Shown here one piece after another: positions 1 through 9,208 of a stretch of DNA of 64,000 nt. The stretch spans positions 109,244-173,243 of the forward strand of contig CAVXBV010000002.1 in assembly GCA_963760125.1 (NCBI GenBank). Reading direction: 5' to 3'. Position numbers and translations under genes: made by a program. Every line of letters starts with the position of its first letter. Position 1 is the stretch's first letter. The notes under the pieces were generated by a model. The model ran no database searches, was not told where the DNA came from, and saw nothing but the letters and a program-made list of their open reading frames with translations. This stretch comes from an uncultured Actinomycetota bacterium (GTDB taxonomy: Bacteria; Actinomycetota; Actinomycetes; Mycobacteriales; SCTD01).

Positions 1-1059
<1,059 letters not shown>

Positions 1060-1067
1060 CCACCATG

Positions 1068-1094
1068 TTGGCACTCTCCCCCCGAGAGTGCAAA
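1068..1094 (-). promoter_or_regulatory. CIRCE-like HrcA operator 2 upstream of groEL
   Basis: TTGGCACTC-N9-GAGTGCAAA inverted repeat, 8 nt after the first copy. Confidence 0.75.
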
Positions 1095-1133
1095 CAGAGC
1101 GCCGCCGACCAACCGCACTCGGCTCCTGATCAG

Positions 1134-1616
1134 TCAGGGGAGCGTGATCGGCCCCTCGGTGCCAGGGTCGTCGCCCAGCGCAGCCCGCACCACGGCCAGG
1201 GCCGCACCGAGGCGACCGTTGGGGCCGTCCCAGTACTCCCCCGCCTCGACCGTGACCTCCAGGACCCGGACGGTGGGGTCGTTCTTGCCGTCGAAGAAGG
1301 CGGCGGCGCCCGGATTCCACAGCTCGGCGACCAGCGCCCGGTCGTCGCGCACGCGCGCGCTGCCCTGCAGCCCGACGTAGGTGTTCTTGGCCGGGTCGGA
1401 GAACGTCACGCCCGCCGGCGAGCCCTCGCCGTCCAGGTCGGCCACCCACTCCGCCTCGGTCGAGACGAGGAAGCGCAGCCGGCCGCCCTCCTCGTCGGCC
1501 AGGGTGAGCGGCCGGGACGCCCACACGTGCGTGCGGGGGTCCCGGGTGCCGACCATCGCGAAGCGAAGGCCGTCCAGGGCATGGGTCAGGGACTGGGGCT
1601 GTGGCGTCGTCGTCAT
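1134..1616 (-). CDS. Pyridoxamine 5'-phosphate oxidase family / general stress protein 26-like
   Basis: 160 aa ORF with a PNPOx-like split-barrel pattern (LRFLVSTEAEWVADL ... LQGSARVRDDRALVAELW). Confidence 0.6.
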   Translation of the reverse strand: MTTTPQPQSLTHALDGLRFAMVGTRDPRTHVWASRPLTLADEEGGRLRFLVSTEAEWVADLDGEGSPAGVTFSDPAKNTYVGLQGSARVRDDRALVAELWNPGAAAFFDGKNDPTVRVLEVTVEAGEYWDGPNGRLGAALAVVRAALGDDPGTEGPITLP

Positions 1617-1669
1617 GGACCGGGGCTACCCCCTCCCGCGTCGCGTCACGCGCCCAGCAGACTGGCCGC

Positions 1670-2878
1670 ATGGGTCTGCTGCTCGCCTTCGCCGTCGTCC
1701 TGTTCGTGGGTGCTCTGATCTCGGAGCGCGCCGACCGGACCGTGCTGTCCACGGCGGTGCTGTTCCTGCTGGCCGGCTTCGTGCTCGGGGACGGCGTGAC
1801 CGGGGTCCTGGATCTGCACCAGGACGACGACATCGTCATCGAGCTGGCCGAGCTGGCGCTGTTCAGCGTGCTGTACACCGACGGCATGCGTGTGGGCTTC
1901 GGCGACCTGCGTCGCGCCTGGCGGCTTCCCGGCCGGGCCCTGGTGCTCGGGATGCCCCTCACCTTCGGGATCACCGCCCTGCTCGCTCACGTGGTGGCCG
2001 GACTGCCGTGGACCGAGTCGCTGCTCGTCGGCGCCGTCCTCGCCCCGACCGACCCGGTGTTCGCCTCGGCGATCGTCGGCCGCGAGGAGGTCCCACGACG
2101 ACTGCGGTCCCTGCTGAACGTCGAGAGCGGGCTGAACGACGGACTCGCGCTGCCGGTCGTCCTGGTCCTGCTCTCGGTGCTGGCGAAGGAGGGCGTCTCC
2201 GGCCTGGAGCTGCTGGGCGAGCTTGCGCTGGGCGTCGCGATCGGGATCGTCGTCCCGTGGGTGGCGGCCGTCCTCATCCGGAGCCGGCACACCGCTGCCA
2301 CCGACCTCTACAAGGCTCTCGGCGGGCTCTCCATCGGCCTGATGGTGCTCGGTCTCGCCCATGCGGTGCACGGCAACCTGTTCCTCGCGGCGTTCACCGC
2401 GGGCATCACCGTGGCGACCGTCGCTCCTGAGGTGGAGCGCACGTTCGGCGAGTTCGGTGAGCTGGTCACCGAGCTGCTGAAGCTCGCCGCGATCCTGGTC
2501 TTCGGCGCTCTCATCTCCCCCAGCTTCCTGGGCGAGATCCCCTTCAGCGGCTACGTCTTCGCCCTTCTGGCCCTGATCGTGGCCCGGCCGGCGGCGATCG
2601 CCCTGGCGTTGCTGCGCAGCCACCTGCCGTGGCCGGAGCGCGCCGTCGCCGCGTGGTTCGGGCCGAAGGGGTTCGCGTCCGTGGTCTACGGGCTGCTCAT
2701 CCTCGAGGCCGGGGTCCCGCGGGCGGACCAGATGTTCCACCTGGTGGCCCTGGTCATCTTCGCTTCGATCCTGGCGCACTCCTCCACCGACGTCCCGATC
2801 GCGCACGCGTTCGCCCGGGCCGAGAAGCGAGCACCAATCCAGGCCGGCACGGTGACCGAACGCCCGGCGAGCGACTGA
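1670..2878 (+). CDS. Cation:proton antiporter (Na+/H+ exchanger family)
   Basis: Polytopic membrane ORF (MGLLLAFAVVLFVGALISERADRTVLSTAVLFLLAGFVLG...). I chose the start at the internal ATG 1670 because the upstream part of the ORF overlaps the divergent gene. Confidence 0.8.
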   Translation: MGLLLAFAVVLFVGALISERADRTVLSTAVLFLLAGFVLGDGVTGVLDLHQDDDIVIELAELALFSVLYTDGMRVGFGDLRRAWRLPGRALVLGMPLTFGITALLAHVVAGLPWTESLLVGAVLAPTDPVFASAIVGREEVPRRLRSLLNVESGLNDGLALPVVLVLLSVLAKEGVSGLELLGELALGVAIGIVVPWVAAVLIRSRHTAATDLYKALGGLSIGLMVLGLAHAVHGNLFLAAFTAGITVATVAPEVERTFGEFGELVTELLKLAAILVFGALISPSFLGEIPFSGYVFALLALIVARPAAIALALLRSHLPWPERAVAAWFGPKGFASVVYGLLILEAGVPRADQMFHLVALVIFASILAHSSTDVPIAHAFARAEKRAPIQAGTVTERPASD

Positions 2879-2929
2879 CCCCGTTCCCCCTACGCCGCCG
2901 ATCGGCTGTGTCCCCGCCGATCGGTGTGC

Positions 2930-3451
2930 TCACGGGTGGATCCGTACCCCCTTGAGCAGGTCCTCGTCGACAGGGTCGTCACCGGTCACGACGCTGAGGT
3001 CACCGGTGGTCTCCAGGACGACGGCACGGACCTGAGCCCGCGAGCGGACCCCGGACAGCCGGAGCTGCGCCCACAGCTCACCCTGGCTGATCCCGGCGGC
3101 GGCCAGGTTGAGCGACAGCACCTCACCGTCCAGGACAAGCGCGAGCGGCTCGTTGTCCACCAGCCCGCCGAGCAAGCCGCGCTGCCGGAGGCGGGCGACG
3201 ACGTACTGCAGCAGGTAGAGCAGGAGCAGCGCGAACGCGCCCGTCACCAGCGACGTGCCGCCGGTCGCCGTGGAGGCAACGGTCGAGCCGACGGCGATGG
3301 TCGCGGCGAAGTCGAAGCTCGACATCTTGGCCAGCGACCGGGGGCCGGACCACCGCGTCAGGACGATGACGACGACGTACACCCCGACGGTGCTGGTCAC
3401 GGCGACCAGCAGGTCGGACCGGGACGCCCCGAGATCGGCCAGCACGCTCAT
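2930..3451 (-). CDS. DUF421 (YetF-like) membrane protein
   Basis: MSVLADLG... with two N-terminal TM helices and a soluble C-terminal domain. AGGAGG SD lies 7 nt upstream of ATG 3451. Confidence 0.6.
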   Translation of the reverse strand: MSVLADLGASRSDLLVAVTSTVGVYVVVIVLTRWSGPRSLAKMSSFDFAATIAVGSTVASTATGGTSLVTGAFALLLLYLLQYVVARLRQRGLLGGLVDNEPLALVLDGEVLSLNLAAAGISQGELWAQLRLSGVRSRAQVRAVVLETTGDLSVVTGDDPVDEDLLKGVRIHP

Positions 3452-3499
3452 GTCGCCACCTCCTGGCAAGTCCGTGCCCCGCGCAACGACGGGGAACCG

Positions 3500-4774
3500 T
3501 CAGCCGGCGGCGCCGCTCTTCACGAAGGCGTTGTACGACGGGGCGATCGTCACGGTCGGGACCGAGGTCAGAGCCGTGGCCTCGATGGTCTTCAGCCCGT
3601 CACCGGTGTTGTAGAGCACCGTCTCCGCCTCGGGGTCGATGAGCCCCTGGGCCAGCAGCTTGCGCAGCGTCGCGACCGTCACTCCGCCTGCCGTCTCGGC
3701 GAACACGCCCTCGGTCTCGGCGAGCAACGAGATGCCCTCGATCACCTCGGCGTCGCTGACGTGGCCCATGGCGCCGCCGGTCCGACGTACGACGTCGAGG
3801 GCGTAGGGGCCGTCGGCGGGGTTGCCGATGGCGAGGCTCTTGGCGATCGTGTCGGGCTTGACGGGCTTGACCGCGTCCCAGCCGTTCTCGAAGGCCGTGG
3901 CGATCGGTGAGCACCCGGTCGCCTGCGCACCGAACACCTTGTAGGACGCCTCGTCCACCAGCCCGAGCTTGATGAGCTCACCGAACGCCTTGTCCACCTT
4001 GGTGAGCAGCGAGCCGGACGCCATCGGGATGACGACCTGCGGCGGGATGCGCCAGCCGAGCTGCTCCGCCACTTCGTAACCGAGCGTCTTGGAGCCCTCG
4101 GCGTAGTACGGGCGGACGTTGACGTTGACGAACGCCCACTCCTCGTTCTCGGCGATCTCGCTGCACAGTCGGTTCACGTCGTCGTAGTTGCCGTCGACAG
4201 CGACCAGGGTCTGGCCGTACACCGCGGTCTGGACGATCTTGCCTTGCTCGAGGTCGCTGGGGATGAACACGACGGCCTTGAGCCCGACATGGGTGGCGTG
4301 CGCAGCGACCGAGTTGGCGAGGTTGCCGGTCGAGGCGCAGGACACCGTGGTGTAGCCGAACCCGCGGGCGGCAGACAGAGCCACACTGACGACACGGTCC
4401 TTGAACGAGTGGGTCGGGTTGCCGCTGTCGTCCTTGACCCAGAGCTTGCGCATCCCCAGCGCCTTGGCCAGGTTGGGGGCCTCGCGCAGGCGGGTCATGC
4501 CGGCGCCGAGGTCCACGCGGGTCTCGGGGTCCTGGCCGGCCGGGAGCAGACCGGCGTAGCGCCAGATGGTCTGCGGACCGGCCTCGATGGACTGCCGGGT
4601 GACCAGCTTGAGCTTGTCGAGGTCGTACTCCACCTCGAGCGGCGCAAAACACTCCGCGCAGACGTGGACCGGGGTGAGCGGCACGCGGTGGCCGCACTCG
4701 CGGCAGATGAGCCCCTTCGCAGGGCTGGCGGCGAAGGCCGCTGGTAGGTCGGTGGTCGTCACAGTTCTCCTCAT
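3500..4774 (-). CDS. PLP-dependent threonine-synthase-like enzyme with an N-terminal Zn ribbon; possibly a methionine-pathway (homocysteine-forming) enzyme rather than ThrC
   Basis: CRECGH...CAECF zinc ribbon and the PLP lysine motif THSFKDRV. The length and overall pattern are ThrC-like. The start is ATG 4774 or GTG 4762, and both lie inside or next to riboswitch helix P1. Confidence 0.85.
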   Translation of the reverse strand: MRRTVTTTDLPAAFAASPAKGLICRECGHRVPLTPVHVCAECFAPLEVEYDLDKLKLVTRQSIEAGPQTIWRYAGLLPAGQDPETRVDLGAGMTRLREAPNLAKALGMRKLWVKDDSGNPTHSFKDRVVSVALSAARGFGYTTVSCASTGNLANSVAAHATHVGLKAVVFIPSDLEQGKIVQTAVYGQTLVAVDGNYDDVNRLCSEIAENEEWAFVNVNVRPYYAEGSKTLGYEVAEQLGWRIPPQVVIPMASGSLLTKVDKAFGELIKLGLVDEASYKVFGAQATGCSPIATAFENGWDAVKPVKPDTIAKSLAIGNPADGPYALDVVRRTGGAMGHVSDAEVIEGISLLAETEGVFAETAGGVTVATLRKLLAQGLIDPEAETVLYNTGDGLKTIEATALTSVPTVTIAPSYNAFVKSGAAG

Positions 4775-4873
4775 CTTCCCCGCACGAAGCGGGACGGAGT
4801 TGGCACCTGGCTCGTCGTGAGCTGGTTGCCGGGGCGTCATCGGGCCGTGTCCCTGGTGCCCCTCGGGATGAAG
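4769..4873 (-). promoter_or_regulatory. SAM-I (S-box) riboswitch, translational OFF type
   Basis: The minus-strand RNA reads CUUCAUC-CCGAG-GGGCACCAGGGACACGGCCCGAUGACGCCCC-GGCAACCAGC...GCCAGGUGCCAA-CUCCGUCCCGCUUCGUGCGGGGAA-GAUGAGG. The conserved blocks AGGGA, GGCCCGAUGA, CCCGGCAACC and GGUGCCAA.UCC are all present. The P1 3' strand covers the AUG and SD. Confidence 0.8.
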
Positions 4874-4909
4874 TCGTGCTGTTCAGTTGTGGGGACCGAC
4901 GTTACCGGA

Positions 4910-5140
4910 CTACTGCACGAGGGCCGCCGGGGCCGTGTTCTCTCTCGCCCGTCGCCAGAAGCGCAGGCGGGAGGCGTCCGCGGCCAACACCGCCTGAACA
5001 GCGCGGACGCTGTGCTGTGTCGCGTGGCACCGGCACGCGTGGCCGCACCCCACGGCGCCGGGGACAGGCCGCTGGCCGGACTCGTCGCGCAGGGAGGTGC
5101 AGGCGCAGTGCGCGCAGCGATCGACGTAGGTCACGAGCAT
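4910..5140 (-). CDS. Small Cys/His-rich protein of unknown function (76 aa)
   Basis: MLVTYVDRCAHCACTS...GCGHACRCHATQH. About 90% GC3 by hand count. GGAG lies 7 nt upstream of the ATG. Confidence 0.6.
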   Translation of the reverse strand: MLVTYVDRCAHCACTSLRDESGQRPVPGAVGCGHACRCHATQHSVRAVQAVLAADASRLRFWRRARENTAPAALVQ

Positions 5141-5318
5141 CAGGGACTCCGGTGAACGGGCAGCGGCCAGGTCCTCCAGCCGCCGTCCGTGAGGTCTCGC
5201 GTGGCGAGGTCCGTCGCGCCACCGGTCGTACTCGTCCTGTCGGTCCCCTGTCGCGCTCGCGGATCACCCTTCCGGGTAGTCACCGGCTGCGCGCACCGGG
5301 TCTGGGTAGGCTCCGCCA

Positions 5319-7487
5319 GTGCTGGAGCTCACCGCGCGGTTGCACCCGTCGGCCCTCGACCAGCGGCGCGGCATCGTCCGCCTGCACCCTGATGCGCTCG
5401 CCGCGCTGGGGCTCTCGCCATGGGACGTCGTGCTCCTGCGCGGTGCCCGCGTCACCGGTGGCCTGGTCGCGCTCGCCCCGCCCAACACCGGCCAGCACGA
5501 GCTGCTCTGCGACGAGCTGGTGCTCGGCAACCTCGGCGTCGCCACCGGAGCCCGCGTGTACGTCGAGCGCAGCGCCGATCGGGAGGCCTTGTCGGTCACG
5601 GTGAACGCTGCTCCGGAGATCGTGGCGGCCGTCTCGCCGGAGATGCTGCGCACGGCGCTGCTGGGCAAGGCCGTCACCACCGGTGACCAGGTCTCGCTGC
5701 TCCCCCAGGACCTCGCCCCGCTGCCCGAGATCGACGTCGTGGCCGCCCGGCGGTCGTTGGCCAACCTGCTCGGCCCTGGTTGGTCCTCGCTCCTGCTCCA
5801 GGTGGCAGCCGTGTCCCCCGACGGCCCCGGCGTGGTGACCATGGGGACGATCGTCGGGTTCGCCGGAAGCGTCACGACGAGCGGCAGCGCGACCCCGCTG
5901 GTCCTGCCCACCCCCGGCCCGTCGCACCCGCCGGTCGAGCTGCCCGGACTCGAGACGCAGGTTGCGGAGCTGACGGAGTGGCTCGAGCTCGGTTTCCACC
6001 GCGCAGACCTGCTGGCCCGGCTGGGCTCTGGGCCGCAGCTCGGGGTCCTGGTCACCGGGCCGGCTGGGTCCGGCAAGGCCGCCCTCGTCGAGGCGGTCAC
6101 CGCACGGATAGGGGCGCGGCTGCTGAGGGGCTGGGGCCCGACCATCGCCGGGCTGCAGGCGCAGGCAGCCGTCGATCAGCTGAAGGCCCTGCTGGCGGAC
6201 GCCCAGCGCGGACCGTGCGTGCTGCTGCTCGAGGACGTCGAGGCGATCGTGCCGCGGGAGGGCGGCGAGCCGTTGGCGTCGTACTTCCTGGGCCTGGTGC
6301 GGGAGACGACGGCGGCGGGACGGGTGGCGATCGTGTGCACGACCTCCCGTCCGGAGGCGGTCTCCGTGCAGCTGCGCAGGCCCGGGACGCTCGACCACGA
6401 GCTGGCAGTACCGCTGCCGGACCGGGCGCACCGGCTCGCGATCCTGCAGCTCGCCGTGAAGCAGGTGCCCTTGGACCCTGACGTCGTCCTCGACGACGTG
6501 GCCGGCCGTACGCCTGGCTTCGTGGCGGCGGATCTGCTGGCCCTGGTGCGCGAGGCCGGGACGCGGGCTGCGGCGCGGCAGACGTCGGAGGAGCACCCGG
6601 TGCTCGCTCATCGCGACCTCGACGCGGCGCTGGAGGTGGTCCGGCCGACGTCCTTGGGCGGTGCGCGCCTCGACGTCGCCTCGGTCTCGCTCGACGACGT
6701 CGGCAACATGACCGAGGTGAAGGCCGCGGTCACCGAGACGGTGCTGTGGCCGTTGCTGTACCCGGACACGTTCGCGCGGCTCGGGGTCGCCCCGCCGCAC
6801 GGGATCCTGCTCTACGGACCGCCGGGGTGCGGCAAGACCTTCCTCGTCAAGGCGATCGCCGGCTCCGGCCAGGCGAACGTCCTGTCGGTCAAGGGTGCCG
6901 AGGTGCTGAACAAGTGGGTCGGCGAGTCGGAGCGGGCAGTGCGTGACCTGTTCCGGCGCGCCCGTGAAGCCGCCCCGGCGGTGGTGTTCCTCGACGAGGT
7001 GGACGCGCTCGCCCCGACCCGTGGGCAGTCCACGGACGGCGGGACGACCGACCGGGTCGTGGCCTCCCTGCTCACCGAGCTCGACGGGGTGGAGGAGCTG
7101 CGCAACGTCGTCATCATCGGCGCCACCAACCGGCCCGACCTCATCGACCCGGCGCTGCTGCGGCCCGGCCGGCTCGAGCGGCTGATCTACGTCCCGCCGC
7201 CGGACGCCGAGGCACGCACAGCGATCCTCACCGCCGCGGTGAAGCGGGTGCCGCTCGGCGAGGGCGTCGACCTGGTCGACCTCGGGGTGCGGACGGAGGG
7301 GTACTCCGCGGCCGACTGCGCCGCCCTCGTGCGCGAGGCAGCGCTCACGGCGATGCGCGAGTCCAAGGAAGCAGCCGTCGTCACGGCGGCACACCTGGCC
7401 GCCGCGCTGGCGACCGTCCGCCCGTCGCTGGACCCGGCCCAGGTGGCGTCGCTCGCCGCGTTCGCCGCGTCCCGCGCCCAGGCCTGA
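5319..7487 (+). CDS. cpa: Cdc48-like AAA+ ATPase of actinobacteria (two AAA modules)
   Basis: N-domain followed by Walker A GPAGSGKAAL (D1) and GPPGCGKTFL (D2), plus [22 protein letters not shown] start. Confidence 0.9.
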   Translation: MLELTARLHPSALDQRRGIVRLHPDALAALGLSPWDVVLLRGARVTGGLVALAPPNTGQHELLCDELVLGNLGVATGARVYVERSADREALSVTVNAAPEIVAAVSPEMLRTALLGKAVTTGDQVSLLPQDLAPLPEIDVVAARRSLANLLGPGWSSLLLQVAAVSPDGPGVVTMGTIVGFAGSVTTSGSATPLVLPTPGPSHPPVELPGLETQVAELTEWLELGFHRADLLARLGSGPQLGVLVTGPAGSGKAALVEAVTARIGARLLRGWGPTIAGLQAQAAVDQLKALLADAQRGPCVLLLEDVEAIVPREGGEPLASYFLGLVRETTAAGRVAIVCTTSRPEAVSVQLRRPGTLDHELAVPLPDRAHRLAILQLAVKQVPLDPDVVLDDVAGRTPGFVAADLLALVREAGTRAAARQTSEEHPVLAHRDLDAALEVVRPTSLGGARLDVASVSLDDVGNMTEVKAAVTETVLWPLLYPDTFARLGVAPPHGILLYGPPGCGKTFLVKAIAGSGQANVLSVKGAEVLNKWVGESERAVRDLFRRAREAAPAVVFLDEVDALAPTRGQSTDGGTTDRVVASLLTELDGVEELRNVVIIGATNRPDLIDPALLRPGRLERLIYVPPPDAEARTAILTAAVKRVPLGEGVDLVDLGVRTEGYSAADCAALVREAALTAMRESKEAAVVTAAHLAAALATVRPSLDPAQVASLAAFAASRAQA

Positions 7488-7657
7488 CACGCGCCCGCTC
7501 GGCCCGGGTGGCTCGGCCGGGGTGATCATCGGAGTCGGCGACCACAGCTCAGCGCTGATTCTCGCGTACGGCGATTCCGATGATCATGAGGCGGGTGGCG
7601 GGTGGTGCGTGGGGGGCGTGGCGGGCGGTAACGGGACGGGGCGGGGCGATCTCCGCG

Positions 7658-8764
7658 TCAGGCGTAGTCGCGGGTCACGATCACGGTCATGCCGCTGGTG
7701 GGGATACCACTGAAGCGTGGGCGGACCCGCGGGATCCCGAACTGCTTGGCGAACCGCTGCGCCGACGCCTGCTGGCCCGGCGGGTAGTACACGGTGGTCT
7801 GCGGGATCGTGCCTCCGCTGTAGTTGCCGGTGGTGCGCACCGGCCAGCCGCCAGCACGGAACCGCGCGGCGGACCGGTCGGCCAAGCCACTGACCCGGCT
7901 GTTGTTGAGGACCGACACGGGGACGACGGGGGCAGCCGGCCCCGTCGTCGCGGGCGGGGCACTCGGCGAGGCGGGCGGCGCCACCGGTGGAGCGACGGGC
8001 GTCGTGGCTGGCGGGCTCGGCAGCACGGGCGTTGCGGTCGGGGGCTCGGCCGACGGCGCGGCGGTCGGCGGCCCGGACACCGCAGCCGTCGGCGGGCTGG
8101 CCACCACAGGGTTGCCCTGCGGGTCGTCGTGGGTGAACACGAGGAGCGCGCCGATGCCCAGCGCGACGCCGGCCACGGCGAGCCCCGCACCCGCCAGCGC
8201 CCGCAGGGGGCCTACCGGGGGCGGCTCGGGGACCGGGCGGTCGCGCAGGGTCCCTTCGGCAGCGGGGGGCTCCCGTGTCACCTGCGCCTCGGACTCCCGC
8301 ACGACAGGCTCCGGCACGACGGGCACCGGCACGCCGGCCGCCACGGGCACAGGAGGAACATAGGCCCGCACGGGCTCAGCGGGCGGCGGTTCCGGATCGG
8401 CGAGCGGGTCGGCGGCGAGGTCGTCAGGCAGCCAGCCACGGTCCAGCGGGGTCGCGACGTCAGGGGCGGGGACGGCAGGCGGGGGAACGACAGGAGCGGC
8501 GGGCGGGTCCGGGAGCAGCACCTGCGGCTCGACGAGTTCCGGGACGTCGTCCACGGGCACCTCGGCCGGCACTCCCTCGACGGGCAGGCCCGGCTGCTCG
8601 GTGGTCGCGGCCTCGCGTTGCGCCGACGCTTGGGCGCGCCACCACGCGTCCGACCCCGTGTCGTAGACCGGCTCGGCCTCGGGTCCGGGCAGCGCGGTGG
8701 ACGCGGGGTCAGCGGGATCGACCTCAGGGAAGTCCCAGTCGTCGCCGTCAGTCGGGCCGGTCAC
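7658..8764 (-). CDS. LytR_C (LytR cell-envelope-related C-terminal) domain protein, Pro-rich, membrane anchored
   Basis: C-terminus reads VSVLNNSRVSGLADRSAARFRAGGW...TVYYPPGQQASAQRFAKQFG...MTVIVTRDYA. There is one TM helix and long P/A-rich linkers. Confidence 0.8.
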   Translation of the reverse strand: MTGPTDGDDWDFPEVDPADPASTALPGPEAEPVYDTGSDAWWRAQASAQREAATTEQPGLPVEGVPAEVPVDDVPELVEPQVLLPDPPAAPVVPPPAVPAPDVATPLDRGWLPDDLAADPLADPEPPPAEPVRAYVPPVPVAAGVPVPVVPEPVVRESEAQVTREPPAAEGTLRDRPVPEPPPVGPLRALAGAGLAVAGVALGIGALLVFTHDDPQGNPVVASPPTAAVSGPPTAAPSAEPPTATPVLPSPPATTPVAPPVAPPASPSAPPATTGPAAPVVPVSVLNNSRVSGLADRSAARFRAGGWPVRTTGNYSGGTIPQTTVYYPPGQQASAQRFAKQFGIPRVRPRFSGIPTSGMTVIVTRDYA

Positions 8765-8797
8765 GCGCGCGTCACGAGAAGAGCTTCACGAAGAGAG

Positions 8798-9091
8798 CTA
8801 GGCGTCCATGCCGAGGCGGCGCGCCGACCGGTTGCGCTGGCGCGTGGTGCGCAGGCGCCGCAGGCGCTTCACCAGCATGGGATCAGCGACGAGCGCCTCG
8901 GGCCGGTCGATGAGGGCGTTGAGCACCTGGTAGTACCGGGTGGCGCTCAGGTCGAACAGGTCCTTGATCGCCTGCTCCTTGGCCCCGGCGTACTTCCACC
9001 ATTGGCGCTCGAAGGCCAGGACCTCCAGGTCGCGCTCGGTGAGCTCACCGCTGGCCTCGGGGACCACGGAGAGACTGGTCGCGCTGTCCAT
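8798..9091 (-). CDS. DUF3263 domain protein
   Basis: ELTERDLEVLAFERQWWKYAGAKEQAIKDLFDLSATRYYQVLNALIDRPEAL. Start is at the internal ATG 9091, with a GGAGGT SD. Confidence 0.8.
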   Translation of the reverse strand: MDSATSLSVVPEASGELTERDLEVLAFERQWWKYAGAKEQAIKDLFDLSATRYYQVLNALIDRPEALVADPMLVKRLRRLRTTRQRNRSARRLGMDA

Positions 9092-9208
9092 CGGACCTCC
9101 TGAGCGAGCGAACGACAACCGTGTAGTTCGCGCATCATCATGGCACAGCGCCCCCTCAGAACACGCCAACCGGAGGGTGAGACCACGGCGACCTGCCACC
9201 GACACCGG

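Noticed and set aside
4817-5604. Plus-strand ORFs 4817-5155 and 4876-5604, which cover the riboswitch and the Cys-rich gene.
   Set aside because: Their composition is Arg/Pro-rich and off-frame. The minus strand carries a well-formed riboswitch and a high-GC3 ORF with an SD.
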